DNA from: a virus | Lineage: Duplodnaviria; Caudoviricetes | Strand: one strand, 5' to 3' | Virus record (IMG/VR): IMGVR_UViG_3300035562_000038 | Location: 1 to 33,340 of that record | Length of the DNA stretch: 33,340 nt | In this document: positions 1 through 8,482 of the stretch, one piece after another | Position numbering within the stretch: the stretch's first letter is position 1 | Layout of the letters: the number at the start of each line of letters is the position of its first letter | Program-made: the position numbers and the translations under genes | Notes under the pieces: generated by a model | Seen by the model: only the letters and a program-made list of their open reading frames with translations | Databases searched by the model: none | Told to the model about the DNA's origin: nothing

Positions 1-18
1 AACGTTACCGCTATCTAA
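1..18 (+). CDS. cspC: 3' end of host cold-shock protein, CspC-like (partial)
   Basis: AAC GTT ACC GCT ATC TAA = NVTAI*, the C-terminus of enterobacterial CspC; followed by an intrinsic terminator. Only 5 codons are visible. Confidence 0.6.
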   Translation, partial: NVTAI

Positions 19-37
19 TCGGCTTCTGCTGATTAAT

Positions 38-63
38 AAAAACCCGCCAAGGCGGGTTTTTTT
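38..63 (+). terminator. Rho-independent terminator of the csp gene (potentially bidirectional)
   Basis: AAAAACCCGCC-AA-GGCGGG-TTTTTTT. Confidence 0.85.
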
Positions 64-84
64 GTGTCTGTAATTTATCGCAGG

Positions 85-126
85 CAAAAAAAAGCCCGCA
101 AGTCTGCGGGCAAAAGTTCCTTGTTA
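85..126. repeat. att core, ogr-proximal copy (42 bp)
   Basis: CAAAAAAAAGCCCGCAAGTCTGCGGGCAAAAGTTCCTTGTTA, identical to 33214-33255; contains a minus-strand terminator hairpin GCCCGCA-GACT-TGCGGGC-T8. Confidence 0.95.
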
Positions 127-143
127 AACCTTTTTATATGGTT

Positions 144-156
144 TAACTATTTGTTT
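144..156 (-). promoter_or_regulatory. Possible IHF site in att arm
   Basis: Reverse complement AAACAAATAGTTA, one mismatch to WATCAANNNNTTR, between core and arm site. Confidence 0.4.
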
Positions 157-178
157 TTTATTGTTTATATTTTTTATT

Positions 179-191
179 TGTCCACATTTTG
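179..191. promoter_or_regulatory. Integrase arm-type binding site
   Basis: TGTCCACATTTTG, also at 33072-33084; reverse complement contains TGTGGACA, the P2 Int arm consensus. Confidence 0.7.
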
Positions 192-207
192 GCTCTTGTT
201 CTTGCGT

Positions 208-429
208 CTACCCAAAAACCAGCGAAGCTTGACCGCCGCTTTGTGGGTGAGGGGGAACCGGGTTAACGTTATGCGGCTTTGAAATTACGCGGGTAAAGGT
301 TTCATGGCTGACAAACGTGCATCCACAGTTGATGTTTGTGCACTGGTTGTAGCGCTCTTTGGTCGTATTGGTGATGTAGCTCGATGATCTGGTGTGTGCG
401 GCTTGGCCGCATTCAGGACAATGCATCAT
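208..429 (-). CDS. ogr: Ogr/Delta family zinc-finger late-gene activator
   Basis: MMHCPECGQAAHTRSS...ERYNQCTNINCGCTF; C4 zinc finger; GGAG RBS before ATG 429; position after D. Confidence 0.95.
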   Translation of the reverse strand: MMHCPECGQAAHTRSSSYITNTTKERYNQCTNINCGCTFVSHETFTRVISKPHNVNPVPPHPQSGGQASLVFG

Positions 430-503
430 GGCGGGGTTCTCCGTCATGTTCCCGGCTAAGGCCAGTATTGCTGATAATTATGCACAAATACTGGCCGTTT
501 GCA

Positions 504-1595
504 TTATTCCATTTCCAGCTCGTCGATTTTTACCTCAAGATCCAGCGACGTCGTAAACCCGCTGCTGTTCAAACTGTGTGTTACTGTGACCAGCGTCCAC
601 TTTGCTTCATCGATCTCACGCTTAAAGCCTTTGACCGTGACGGGGGCCTCCGGGTAAAGCTCTGCACGGCCGCGCGCCAGCTGGATCGAGAAAGTGGCGA
701 CGCCGCGCTGTATCCGTTCCCAGTTGGCCTTTGCCGCGCGCTGGGCGTTGTATTTTGTCGCGTAGGTATGGCGTAACACCAGGACGTTTTCATCGCTGCC
801 GACTAAATATTCCCCCTGTTTTTCTTCCTCAACCATTGGCTTTTTCTTGCGGCGGCGCTTGACCTTGACCGGCTCGCTTTTCGCGGCGCGGGTGTTTAAC
901 CAGTTCGCCACCACGCCCGTATATGCTCCGCGATCGGTCAACGTGAATTGATGACTGTCGCCCGACTGGCGATTGATTAGCATTTCTGGGATCTGTTTGC
1001 CGTTGACGGTCTGATTTTGGCCTTGTTTGAAGAACAGCAGATTACCGTTCTTAACAGCGGCCACTGCGCCATTTTCTTTCGCTATGCGGGTGATGAAACT
1101 CCCGTCCGACTCGTTGGTCTGGTCGATGTGAGGAATGGCGATATCAGCCATATTTTTATTGATGACCGGCGTTAGCTTGTTGCGAATGGCGACGGTTTTC
1201 ACGATATCGCCCAGGGTTTTCTTGTGATAGGAGTTGTCGCGCTGCACGTTTAGCGTTTGTCGAAAATCAGCGCTGCGTGCCGTGATCGTCAACTTATCCG
1301 GCGCGCCGGAATGCCCGATTTCATCCACCACAAACAGCCCTTTGTCGATGGTGCCGGTATCTTTCCAGCCGATAGCCACGGCGATGCTGACGCCGCGACG
1401 GGGTAGTATTAGGCTGCCGTCGCTGTCGTCAAGCTCGATCTCCAGCTGGTCAGCCTCAAAGCCTCGGTTATCGGTTAGAGTCAGGCTCAGCAATTTTTCG
1501 TTCACTTTCCCGGTAATATCAACGCCGTCAATCTTCAACGTATAGGCCGGCGTATTGCTGCCGCCGATCTTGTCCAGGGTGTCGAGCAAGCTCAT
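504..1595 (-). CDS. D: Tail/baseplate hub protein D (late control D family)
   Basis: LTDNRGFEADQL...IDQTNESD motifs; P2 synteny. Confidence 0.93.
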   Translation of the reverse strand: MSLLDTLDKIGGSNTPAYTLKIDGVDITGKVNEKLLSLTLTDNRGFEADQLEIELDDSDGSLILPRRGVSIAVAIGWKDTGTIDKGLFVVDEIGHSGAPDKLTITARSADFRQTLNVQRDNSYHKKTLGDIVKTVAIRNKLTPVINKNMADIAIPHIDQTNESDGSFITRIAKENGAVAAVKNGNLLFFKQGQNQTVNGKQIPEMLINRQSGDSHQFTLTDRGAYTGVVANWLNTRAAKSEPVKVKRRRKKKPMVEEEKQGEYLVGSDENVLVLRHTYATKYNAQRAAKANWERIQRGVATFSIQLARGRAELYPEAPVTVKGFKREIDEAKWTLVTVTHSLNSSGFTTSLDLEVKIDELEME

Positions 1596-2056
1596 GATAA
1601 AAGCCCCCCAACGGTGTCAGACACCTGAGTGGCGAGATCTTCAAATTGCTGGGATAAATCGCCGAACATATCTTTTAATCCTTCATCCGTGCGCTTCAAC
1701 GTGATGGTAAACTCAATGCGCCTGGCGGATCCGTCCTGAAAGAAAACGGTTTTGCTTCGGGTCAGACTCTCGATCACGAACATGCCATGAATCGCGCCGC
1801 TGCCTTCGATAAGCGACCATGCCTTGCCTGTTTCTGCCATCAGCTGTATCGCCATTAGCGACACTCTGCCGCCGGTCAGTTCCGGCAATAGGACGCCGCT
1901 CAATGTGATCGTTTCATCGTCCGGCCCCAAAAACTGGCTTTGCGGTCGAAACCCGACGCGGCTATTTGTCGGGTGTCGCCATGACATTTGATGTTGAAAT
2001 TCTTGGTATGGAACGGTTTGCAGCATGAACACGAACATGCCTAATGCCATCATCAT
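1592..2056 (-). CDS. U: Tail protein U (tube initiator)
   Basis: MMMALGMFVF...QFLGPDDETITLSGVLLPELTGG; start approximate. Confidence 0.92.
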   Translation of the reverse strand: MMMALGMFVFMLQTVPYQEFQHQMSWRHPTNSRVGFRPQSQFLGPDDETITLSGVLLPELTGGRVSLMAIQLMAETGKAWSLIEGSGAIHGMFVIESLTRSKTVFFQDGSARRIEFTITLKRTDEGLKDMFGDLSQQFEDLATQVSDTVGGLLS

Positions 2057-2067
2057 AATGATCATCC

Positions 2068-4986
2068 TCACTCGAAATCGTTGTAACTGCTGTTCACCTT
2101 GGCGCGCGCCTGCCGTTCTCTCGCATCCAACTGCCTGGCGACTTCCCGCGCGATATCCAACGCGCTCTGTCCTGGCTGCGGATTGATGGTTATCGGCGCG
2201 TGTATCTCGACAATCGGCGCATTGGTACGCTGATATGATGCGCTGCCGGCTGAGCGGTATTGGTTCCCGGCCAGGCTGTGCGGGTGTAGCGGAGCGTCCG
2301 CTGCTGTTGCGCCATTCATGAACAGGGTGGCGATTGCTGCCATTGCTGCGGTGTTTCGGCGGCTGGTTACGTTTGCCGGCCCGCTGACGATTTCCGGCCC
2401 ATACTCTCCGACAATGCCGAATTTACCCAGCGGGATACGGCCGCCGTTGTCATGCTCTCCGGTGTAGCGATAGCGTATTGCATCAGCTGAATTTCCTGTC
2501 GGCCCTGGCGTCATCATGACACCGGCGCGGCGGGCCGCATCGGCAACGGCAGGGTTTTCCTGCGTCAGTTTGCGCGTTTCTGCCGACCGTACTTTGATTT
2601 CGTCCAGCTTATCCAGTACCCATTTGATTGAGTCCGTCAGCAGTTTCAGTGGGGTTAGCGCCATCTCAATGCCTGCCGCCAGAAATTCGCCGAAGGTCTT
2701 CCCGGCCGATGCCGCGCTGTCCAAATTGTCTTTTGTCGATTTCACCGGCGTCAGCAAATCTGTGAACCAGCCCCACAACGCTTTAACCTTGTCGCCTATC
2801 CAGTTGAATACTGGCATCAATGGTGCAAAAGCGTCTTTGATCGGTGCGGCGGCGTTTTTGAATCCTTCGACAACACCGCCGAGAAACGCCTTGATAGGCT
2901 TCCAGTATTTGTAAATCAGCACACCAGCGCCGACGATCGCGGCCGCAATCAGTCCCAGCGGGCTGAGTAGAATGCCGAACATACTCGCCAAGCCGCCGAG
3001 GGCGAAGCGGAGGAATCTCAGCGGTGAGGTTGCCAGCCAGGTAAATACGCGCCCAACTCCTTTCATCCCCTTGGCGGCTGTCTGTAGTGGTGATGATGCA
3101 AATGTCATTACTGCGCGGCTGGCGTTCCCTAACCCTTGCTTGGAGAATGTCAGCGCGCTTTTCCCTGCTTCAAGTAATGAGCGGCTGAAGCTCCCGACTT
3201 GCTTTTTAGTGATAGGCGTCGTACTGGCGAATTTCAGCATGCTGAGTGAGAGGTTAGGCAGCAGGCGAATACCTAACATGCGGGTGCTGAACCGTAGCAG
3301 GGCAAACGGGCCGAGCAGCCCGACGACGGCGATCGCCAGCGTACCGAAAACGGTCGTTGCAATAGCGGCTGCTGCCCCTATCTTAACAATGGCGGCGCTT
3401 ATGTTGGGGTGCGCTTTTAAAAACTCAGCGACGCCGTGCAAAACGTTGCTGATACCTTTGGCCGTTTTCCGTAACCAAGCGTCGTTTTTTTCAAACAGTT
3501 CAACGCTGATATTTTCCAGGGCGGCATGTAGCATTGTCATGTCGCCTTTCATGTTATCCAGCATAGTGCCGGATACGCGCGCGGCCTCGCCATCATACTC
3601 GCCCGGCGCACCGCGCATTTTTTGCAGCTTGCCGTCTGATACCGCACGCATCAACTCACCGAATCCTGTGACGGCATACATGCCAGCAATATCTTTGAAA
3701 ATCTTACCGCGATCGACGTTCCCCATTTTGGACGTCTTCTTGTCGATATCTTTCAAAATATCGACCAGGTCGCGCATATTGCCGTCTTTGTCTTTGGTTT
3801 CGACGCCTAGTTTTCTGACGGTGGGGCTGTTGCCAATTCTGCTGAGAATAGCGCGCATTGCTGTACCAGCTTGGCTACCTTGAATGCCCGCGTTTCCCAT
3901 GATCGCCGTGGCGGCTGAAACGGTTTCCAGGCTTTGACCATATTCGCGGCCGACGCCGGCGGAATATTTCAATGACTCGCCCAGCATCGGAATATCAACG
4001 TTGTTCCGTGTGAACAGCGCGGTAAGCACGTCCGCCACTCTGTCCATTTTTTCCGCCGGGATCCCCATCGCGGTTTGAATGTTTGACGCAATATCGGCTG
4101 TCGTGCCCAGGTCAATGTCGCCGGCCGATGCCAGATTCAGCATCCCCGGCATGGCTTTTAATACCTGCTGCGGTGAATAACCCGTCCTCCCGAGGAAGTA
4201 TTGCCCCTCGGCAACCTGGAGATCGGTAAATTTTGACGATAGCGGCAGGGTTCTTGCCTGATGACGCATGGCCATCATTGCTGGATCTGACTTGGACGGG
4301 ATGCGCGTTACAGCCTGTGTTTTGCTCATCATCGCGTCAAAGTCATAACCGACGTGCAAGGCATTTGCCAGCCCGCGACCCATCGCGCGCCCGGTGGCCA
4401 TCGAGGTATAACCCACCCCGGCAGTCATGACTTTTCGCTGATTACTCTCGTCGAATTGATGGCGTGCAGCATTCAGCCGTTTTTGCTGCTGGGCCTGCTG
4501 CTCAAGTCTTCGCTGCTGTGCTGCAAGTGCGCCGGTTGTCCCGCTGATATTGGCGCGCAGCGATCGCTGGGCCTCACCAAGTCGGTTAGTCGCCATGCCG
4601 CTGTTTTGAAGCGCGGTGCGCTGGTTTTGCAGTGACAGCCGGAGATCTGAATATTTTTGCTGAAGGCGGGCCGCTTCCTCCCTGGCCTTCTGAAATTGGC
4701 GCGCCTGCCTGGCCGTCGGGGTTTCCGTTGATTTCATGGCGATAGACAGGCTGCGCGCTCTATCGCGGGCAGTGCTTAGCGCCTGCGCGGCTGCGGCTAC
4801 CTGGGCTTTTGTCTTACGGAAACCGTCAATTTTCCCAGCCTGATTATCCAGCTGTTTTAATTGGTCTTTGGTGGCTTTAACCGAAGCGGCCAGCGCTTTA
4901 TTGCTGGCCTGCATGGATTTAAACGGGCGGGTGACTTTATCGACCGCGCTCAGTAAAACCTGCAATCGGAGGTTTTTATCACTCAT
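2068..4986 (-). CDS. T: Tail tape measure protein
   Basis: MSDKNLRLQVLLSAVDKVTRP start; TP901-type core; hydrophobic segment; C-terminal GKFGIVGEYGPEIVSGPA. Confidence 0.93.
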   Translation of the reverse strand: MSDKNLRLQVLLSAVDKVTRPFKSMQASNKALAASVKATKDQLKQLDNQAGKIDGFRKTKAQVAAAAQALSTARDRARSLSIAMKSTETPTARQARQFQKAREEAARLQQKYSDLRLSLQNQRTALQNSGMATNRLGEAQRSLRANISGTTGALAAQQRRLEQQAQQQKRLNAARHQFDESNQRKVMTAGVGYTSMATGRAMGRGLANALHVGYDFDAMMSKTQAVTRIPSKSDPAMMAMRHQARTLPLSSKFTDLQVAEGQYFLGRTGYSPQQVLKAMPGMLNLASAGDIDLGTTADIASNIQTAMGIPAEKMDRVADVLTALFTRNNVDIPMLGESLKYSAGVGREYGQSLETVSAATAIMGNAGIQGSQAGTAMRAILSRIGNSPTVRKLGVETKDKDGNMRDLVDILKDIDKKTSKMGNVDRGKIFKDIAGMYAVTGFGELMRAVSDGKLQKMRGAPGEYDGEAARVSGTMLDNMKGDMTMLHAALENISVELFEKNDAWLRKTAKGISNVLHGVAEFLKAHPNISAAIVKIGAAAAIATTVFGTLAIAVVGLLGPFALLRFSTRMLGIRLLPNLSLSMLKFASTTPITKKQVGSFSRSLLEAGKSALTFSKQGLGNASRAVMTFASSPLQTAAKGMKGVGRVFTWLATSPLRFLRFALGGLASMFGILLSPLGLIAAAIVGAGVLIYKYWKPIKAFLGGVVEGFKNAAAPIKDAFAPLMPVFNWIGDKVKALWGWFTDLLTPVKSTKDNLDSAASAGKTFGEFLAAGIEMALTPLKLLTDSIKWVLDKLDEIKVRSAETRKLTQENPAVADAARRAGVMMTPGPTGNSADAIRYRYTGEHDNGGRIPLGKFGIVGEYGPEIVSGPANVTSRRNTAAMAAIATLFMNGATAADAPLHPHSLAGNQYRSAGSASYQRTNAPIVEIHAPITINPQPGQSALDIAREVARQLDARERQARAKVNSSYNDFE

Positions 4987-5158
4987 CACTTGCCCCACTG
5001 CGGATTATGGCTTTATGCCGCCACTCCAGCAGCTCGGCCAGCGGCATTGAGTCGGTGACGGTCGGCGGCCAATGGAAGACGGCGGCAATATCCGCCGTCA
5101 GATCTTCTACTGTCAGCTGTTCAGGAAATCTGACCTGACCGAATTCGGTAAGAAAAAA
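4979..5158 (-). CDS. E': gpE' extension made by programmed -1 frameshift (gpE+E')
   Basis: Slippery T7 run (ATTTTTTTC on minus strand, 5152-5160); the -1 frame reads LTEFGQVRFPEQLTVEDLTADIAAVFHWPPTVTDSMPLAELLEWRHKAIIRSGASDE*, matching the P2 E' ADIA.FHWPP...L.EL..WR motif. Not in the ORF track. Confidence 0.88.
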   Translation of the reverse strand, partial: FFLTEFGQVRFPEQLTVEDLTADIAAVFHWPPTVTDSMPLAELLEWRHKAIIRSGASDE

Positions 5159-5439
5159 ATCGCCACAGCTTGCGACAGCTGATAAAAGTCAGCCGGATCG
5201 AGGTTGGCAACCTCGGCCGCCGTCAGGTTCGGCGTGGTGATGCGCGGCAATACCCTGATCAGTGAATCGACGTCGGTTTCGATCAGCGCCTGCAAACGGG
5301 TGCCGCGCAGCGCGCCGGAATTCGGCTTGTTGACGGTCACTTCGGTGATCTGCGTAGTGCCGCGCACGATCGGAACGTCCAGGGTGATCGGCTGGTTGGT
5401 CGCCAGTTCTGCGCCGTCTGTCGTCTGTTTTTCTTTCAT
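5113..5439 (-). CDS. E: Tail assembly chaperone E
   Basis: ITLDVPIVRG...KPNSGALRG...LPRIT; between FII and T. Confidence 0.9.
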   Translation of the reverse strand: MKEKQTTDGAELATNQPITLDVPIVRGTTQITEVTVNKPNSGALRGTRLQALIETDVDSLIRVLPRITTPNLTAAEVANLDPADFYQLSQAVAIFFLPNSVRSDFLNS

Positions 5440-5510
5440 CACGTTATCCTAATGATTGATGCTGTTTAGGCGGCCCCTGCGGGCCGCATGAAATACCTGT
5501 CAGCAGGCGA

Positions 5511-6026
5511 TTACAAACCGATGGCGCGGCGGTGTTCCGCCAGGCGGTCAACACCATCAATGATCTCGACCATGTTCACGGTGTCGATTTCCATCAGGAC
5601 GCTGCCGTCCCATGTCAGCTTGAAATAGGTATTCTTGGCGCTCAGCTTGGTCTGCGTGTTGTCGCCCTGCTTATAGTTGCCATGATCAAACTCGGAGAAA
5701 CGCCCGCGCATGACCACTTCGATGGCAATGATCTCGGCGGTGTCGTCACGCTGGAATGAACCGGCAAAGCGCAGGAGTACGCCGTCAACTTTGGCGATGC
5801 CCCATTGCTTGTAAATCTGCGCCTCAATGCCGCCAAGAGTGATCTCGGCGTCAAGTGCGCCATCATCCAGCCCCAGATCAACGCTGGCGCTGCCGTTCAT
5901 GCCGCCGCCCCGGAATGCTTCAAGCTTTCGCGTCAGCTTCGGCAGGGTGATTTCTTCAATAACGCCCTGATAGCTGTTGGCGTCATTGAACAGATTCAGG
6001 TACTTCAGTTTGCGTGGTAAGGCCAT
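5511..6026 (-). CDS. FII: Major tail tube protein
   Basis: MALPRKLKYLNLFND...LPKLTRKLEAFRGGGM. Confidence 0.96.
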   Translation of the reverse strand: MALPRKLKYLNLFNDANSYQGVIEEITLPKLTRKLEAFRGGGMNGSASVDLGLDDGALDAEITLGGIEAQIYKQWGIAKVDGVLLRFAGSFQRDDTAEIIAIEVVMRGRFSEFDHGNYKQGDNTQTKLSAKNTYFKLTWDGSVLMEIDTVNMVEIIDGVDRLAEHRRAIGL

Positions 6027-6036
6027 CGCGTCCCCC

Positions 6037-7212
6037 TTAACTGTTCACGTTCTGAGTGAAGTTCATCAGATACTTGTCGGTGATGCGCTGGCGCAGCAGC
6101 AGGTTTTCGAGCGGCGGCACAGGCGTGTAATCGTAATCCAGCACCAGCTTGCCGGCTTTCAGGGTGTCCTTGTCATTGGCCGCTTCATCAATCCAGCAAT
6201 CCCCGTCAACGATGTAACCGCCGGTTTTCAGCTCGCGGAATTTGGCTTTGATGCCCTCGATAATGTCCGTAGCAAGAGAGGGGTACAGCGGCTGATCTGC
6301 GGCCCACATCTGCGCCTCGGCCATCGTGTCGGCCAGCACTTGCGCGGTGCGGGTGTAATTTTCAAACTGGAACAGCGGATCGTCGGAACAGGTACGCGAC
6401 CCCCAGAAGCGGAATCCGTCTTTTCGGATCAGCGTGGTGACGTCGTTTTTGTTCAGCAGGTTGGCATCGGTGGCCGTGTCCTGCAAATCCCAATAGACAT
6501 CTGCGCTGATGCCGGTCACGCCGTTAACACCGACGTTGGACAGGGTTTTGTGCCAGCCGACGTTCTGATCCAGCTTGGCGCGCAGCCCGAGCGCGCGGGC
6601 GGTTGCGAAAGCTGTTGCGGATGCGTTGGTCGTGGTATCCCAGCTCAGGAAATCCGGCCAAATCAACATAGCTTCGCGCTGGCTGAAGTTTTTGCGGTAG
6701 TCGAGCGCCTCGGATACCGTCTTGCAGCCATAGGCGCTGAGGTAGGCGAAGGCGCGGAGGCTTTGCGCCACGGCCAGTAATTCGGAAGCAACCGCCTCGT
6801 TATCGTGGCCCGGCACACCCAGAATGCGGGGTTTAACGCCAAGCTGGCTTTGTGCGGCCAGCAGGGCTTTCATGCCGGTTTTCTTGCCCTCGGTGGTCAC
6901 GCCGCCGATGATATTGGTTGTCGTCTCGGCTTCGGTTTCGCCCTGGTCGACACGCACCACAACAGTGACGGGCTTGGCCTGAGCGGCGATGGCATCCAGC
7001 GAGCGGGCTAGGGTGCCGGTTTCGCCGGCCTTGCCACTGGCGGCCAGGACGTCGGTAATTAACACGGGGGTGTTTAACGGGAATGCTTTTGCGTCGGCGT
7101 CGTCACCGGTACAGACCATACCGACGATGGCGGTGCTGACAGTGGTGATGGTGCGGGTGCCTTCGTTGATTTCCTGCACGCGCACGCCGTGGTGATAATC
7201 GTCTTGAGCCAT
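6037..7212 (-). CDS. FI: Tail sheath protein
   Basis: [20 protein letters not shown]...[11 protein letters not shown]; AGGAG RBS before ATG 7212. Confidence 0.96.
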   Translation of the reverse strand: MAQDDYHHGVRVQEINEGTRTITTVSTAIVGMVCTGDDADAKAFPLNTPVLITDVLAASGKAGETGTLARSLDAIAAQAKPVTVVVRVDQGETEAETTTNIIGGVTTEGKKTGMKALLAAQSQLGVKPRILGVPGHDNEAVASELLAVAQSLRAFAYLSAYGCKTVSEALDYRKNFSQREAMLIWPDFLSWDTTTNASATAFATARALGLRAKLDQNVGWHKTLSNVGVNGVTGISADVYWDLQDTATDANLLNKNDVTTLIRKDGFRFWGSRTCSDDPLFQFENYTRTAQVLADTMAEAQMWAADQPLYPSLATDIIEGIKAKFRELKTGGYIVDGDCWIDEAANDKDTLKAGKLVLDYDYTPVPPLENLLLRQRITDKYLMNFTQNVNS

Positions 7213-7282
7213 TAGGCGGATCTCCTGTAACGGTGTTCCCCTATGGTGGCGGCGGTGCGCGGTTAATGCATGCGGTGGGCTT

Positions 7283-7300
7283 TGTGTGGTGGCTGGCACA
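7283..7300 (-). promoter_or_regulatory. Ogr-binding box of late promoter PF
   Basis: TGT-GTGGTGGCTGGC-ACA (TGT-N12-ACA) upstream of FI. Confidence 0.85.
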
Positions 7301-7361
7301 ATGCGGCGCGAAATCAACGCGCGGCAGGATGTATGGTGATTACAATGACGGTATTTGCCGT

Positions 7362-7386
7362 AAAAATAAAGCCCCGTATGGGGCTT
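7362..7386 (-). terminator. Terminator of the V-W-J-I-spike-H operon
   Basis: AAGCCCC-ATAC-GGGGCTT-TATTTTT on the minus strand at the H stop codon. Confidence 0.75.
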
Positions 7387-8464
7387 AGGCTACGCGGTGC
7401 CACAGCATTTGCAGCTTGTGTCGCTCGACGACGCTGATCGCCTGGCCCTGGCCGAGCGCTTCGGTTTGCGCCCAAACGGTATGAGCGTGCGCCGGCACAG
7501 TGACCTCGTGGATATGGTCTTCTGCCTCGCTGGTGTAGTTGCGCGTTCTGTGGCTGTCGTTGTCGGAGCCGACAATATAATCGCCATCCCACGCTTCGCC
7601 GGGCGCGGACATTCCCCCCTGATGCCGGTGTCTACCCGCCGGCGTTGTTTGCAGCGTCTGCGCCCCTTGCTCGCTTGTGCTTCCCGACACATTCAGCACC
7701 GACTGCGGCAGATTGGCGCGCGAGATGTTTACCGTATCGCTGCCGCCCAGAGTGCCTACGTCGGAGCCGTCCGCTTTTGCCGTTCTGATCGTCAGGTGTT
7801 CGCCGGCATACTCCCATGTTGACCACGGCCATTTAGTGTTAGGGTTCACGTTCTGATTGAACAGGCGCGACGAGCCGACAGGGTTGTCTTGCTCCCAGGC
7901 GTCTCGGATAGCTCCTTTCACAGCGTCGGCGATAGCATTTTTTATGCTTTCGTCCAGCTTGCTCAATTCCTCGTCCGTGTAGTCCTTGGCCTCGTTTTTT
8001 ACGGCGGTAACGTCTTGCTGGGTAGCGATGACGACGGCCGGATCAATAATCAGCTCAATATTGTCAGTGCTGCTGACCGTCAGTTGCATACGCACAGCTG
8101 CGGTGCGGCTTGAGCCGTCAGTCGTCAGAGGTTTGTAACTTTCCGGCATGTTACCGACGGCTATACATGCACCATCGGACGCGAACAACGCTACCTCGCG
8201 CAGCCACCACCCGCCAGCCTTGGCGGGGATAATCATTTCAGCTTCAACGACATTAGCGGCAGCACTGGTAATGGACAGGCGATTTAATGGCTCGCGAAAG
8301 ACTTCATTGATCAGCGCCGTTTGTTCTGGGTTTGGCCGTGGCAATACGCCGCCGCCGTCGCCGACGGCCATCTCGGTAATGTCCAACAGAGTGCCGGTGG
8401 CGACAGCGTCGGCCAGCCTGGCCGCGCCGATGTTTGTGATAACAGAGTAATATTTTTTCATCAT
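7385..8464 (-). CDS. H: Short tail fibre with a gpH-type N-terminal baseplate anchor
   Basis: [14 protein letters not shown]...MAVGDGGG...GGWWLRE...PESYKP (DUF3751-like); C-terminal HxH motifs (HRH, HIH, HAH). Confidence 0.85.
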   Translation of the reverse strand: MMKKYYSVITNIGAARLADAVATGTLLDITEMAVGDGGGVLPRPNPEQTALINEVFREPLNRLSITSAAANVVEAEMIIPAKAGGWWLREVALFASDGACIAVGNMPESYKPLTTDGSSRTAAVRMQLTVSSTDNIELIIDPAVVIATQQDVTAVKNEAKDYTDEELSKLDESIKNAIADAVKGAIRDAWEQDNPVGSSRLFNQNVNPNTKWPWSTWEYAGEHLTIRTAKADGSDVGTLGGSDTVNISRANLPQSVLNVSGSTSEQGAQTLQTTPAGRHRHQGGMSAPGEAWDGDYIVGSDNDSHRTRNYTSEAEDHIHEVTVPAHAHTVWAQTEALGQGQAISVVERHKLQMLWHRVA

Positions 8465-8482
8465 GTGCAATCCGCCCGGCTG

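Noticed and set aside
85-126. tRNA/tmRNA integration site
   Set aside because: The core has no T-arm or CCA features; it is a terminator hairpin.
64-282. Hydrophobic 72-aa ORF across att
   Set aside because: It translates the AT-rich att arm and spans the recombination junction; no RBS.
2516-6780. Long + strand ORFs opposite the tail genes (also 16510-17484, 17749-18489, 18671-19675, 27658-28491)
   Set aside because: Antisense shadows of well-supported GC-rich genes.
7320-7390. Invertible tail-fibre cassette or moron between H and FI
   Set aside because: The gap is only ~170 bp, holding a terminator and late promoter; no invertase or crossover repeats seen.
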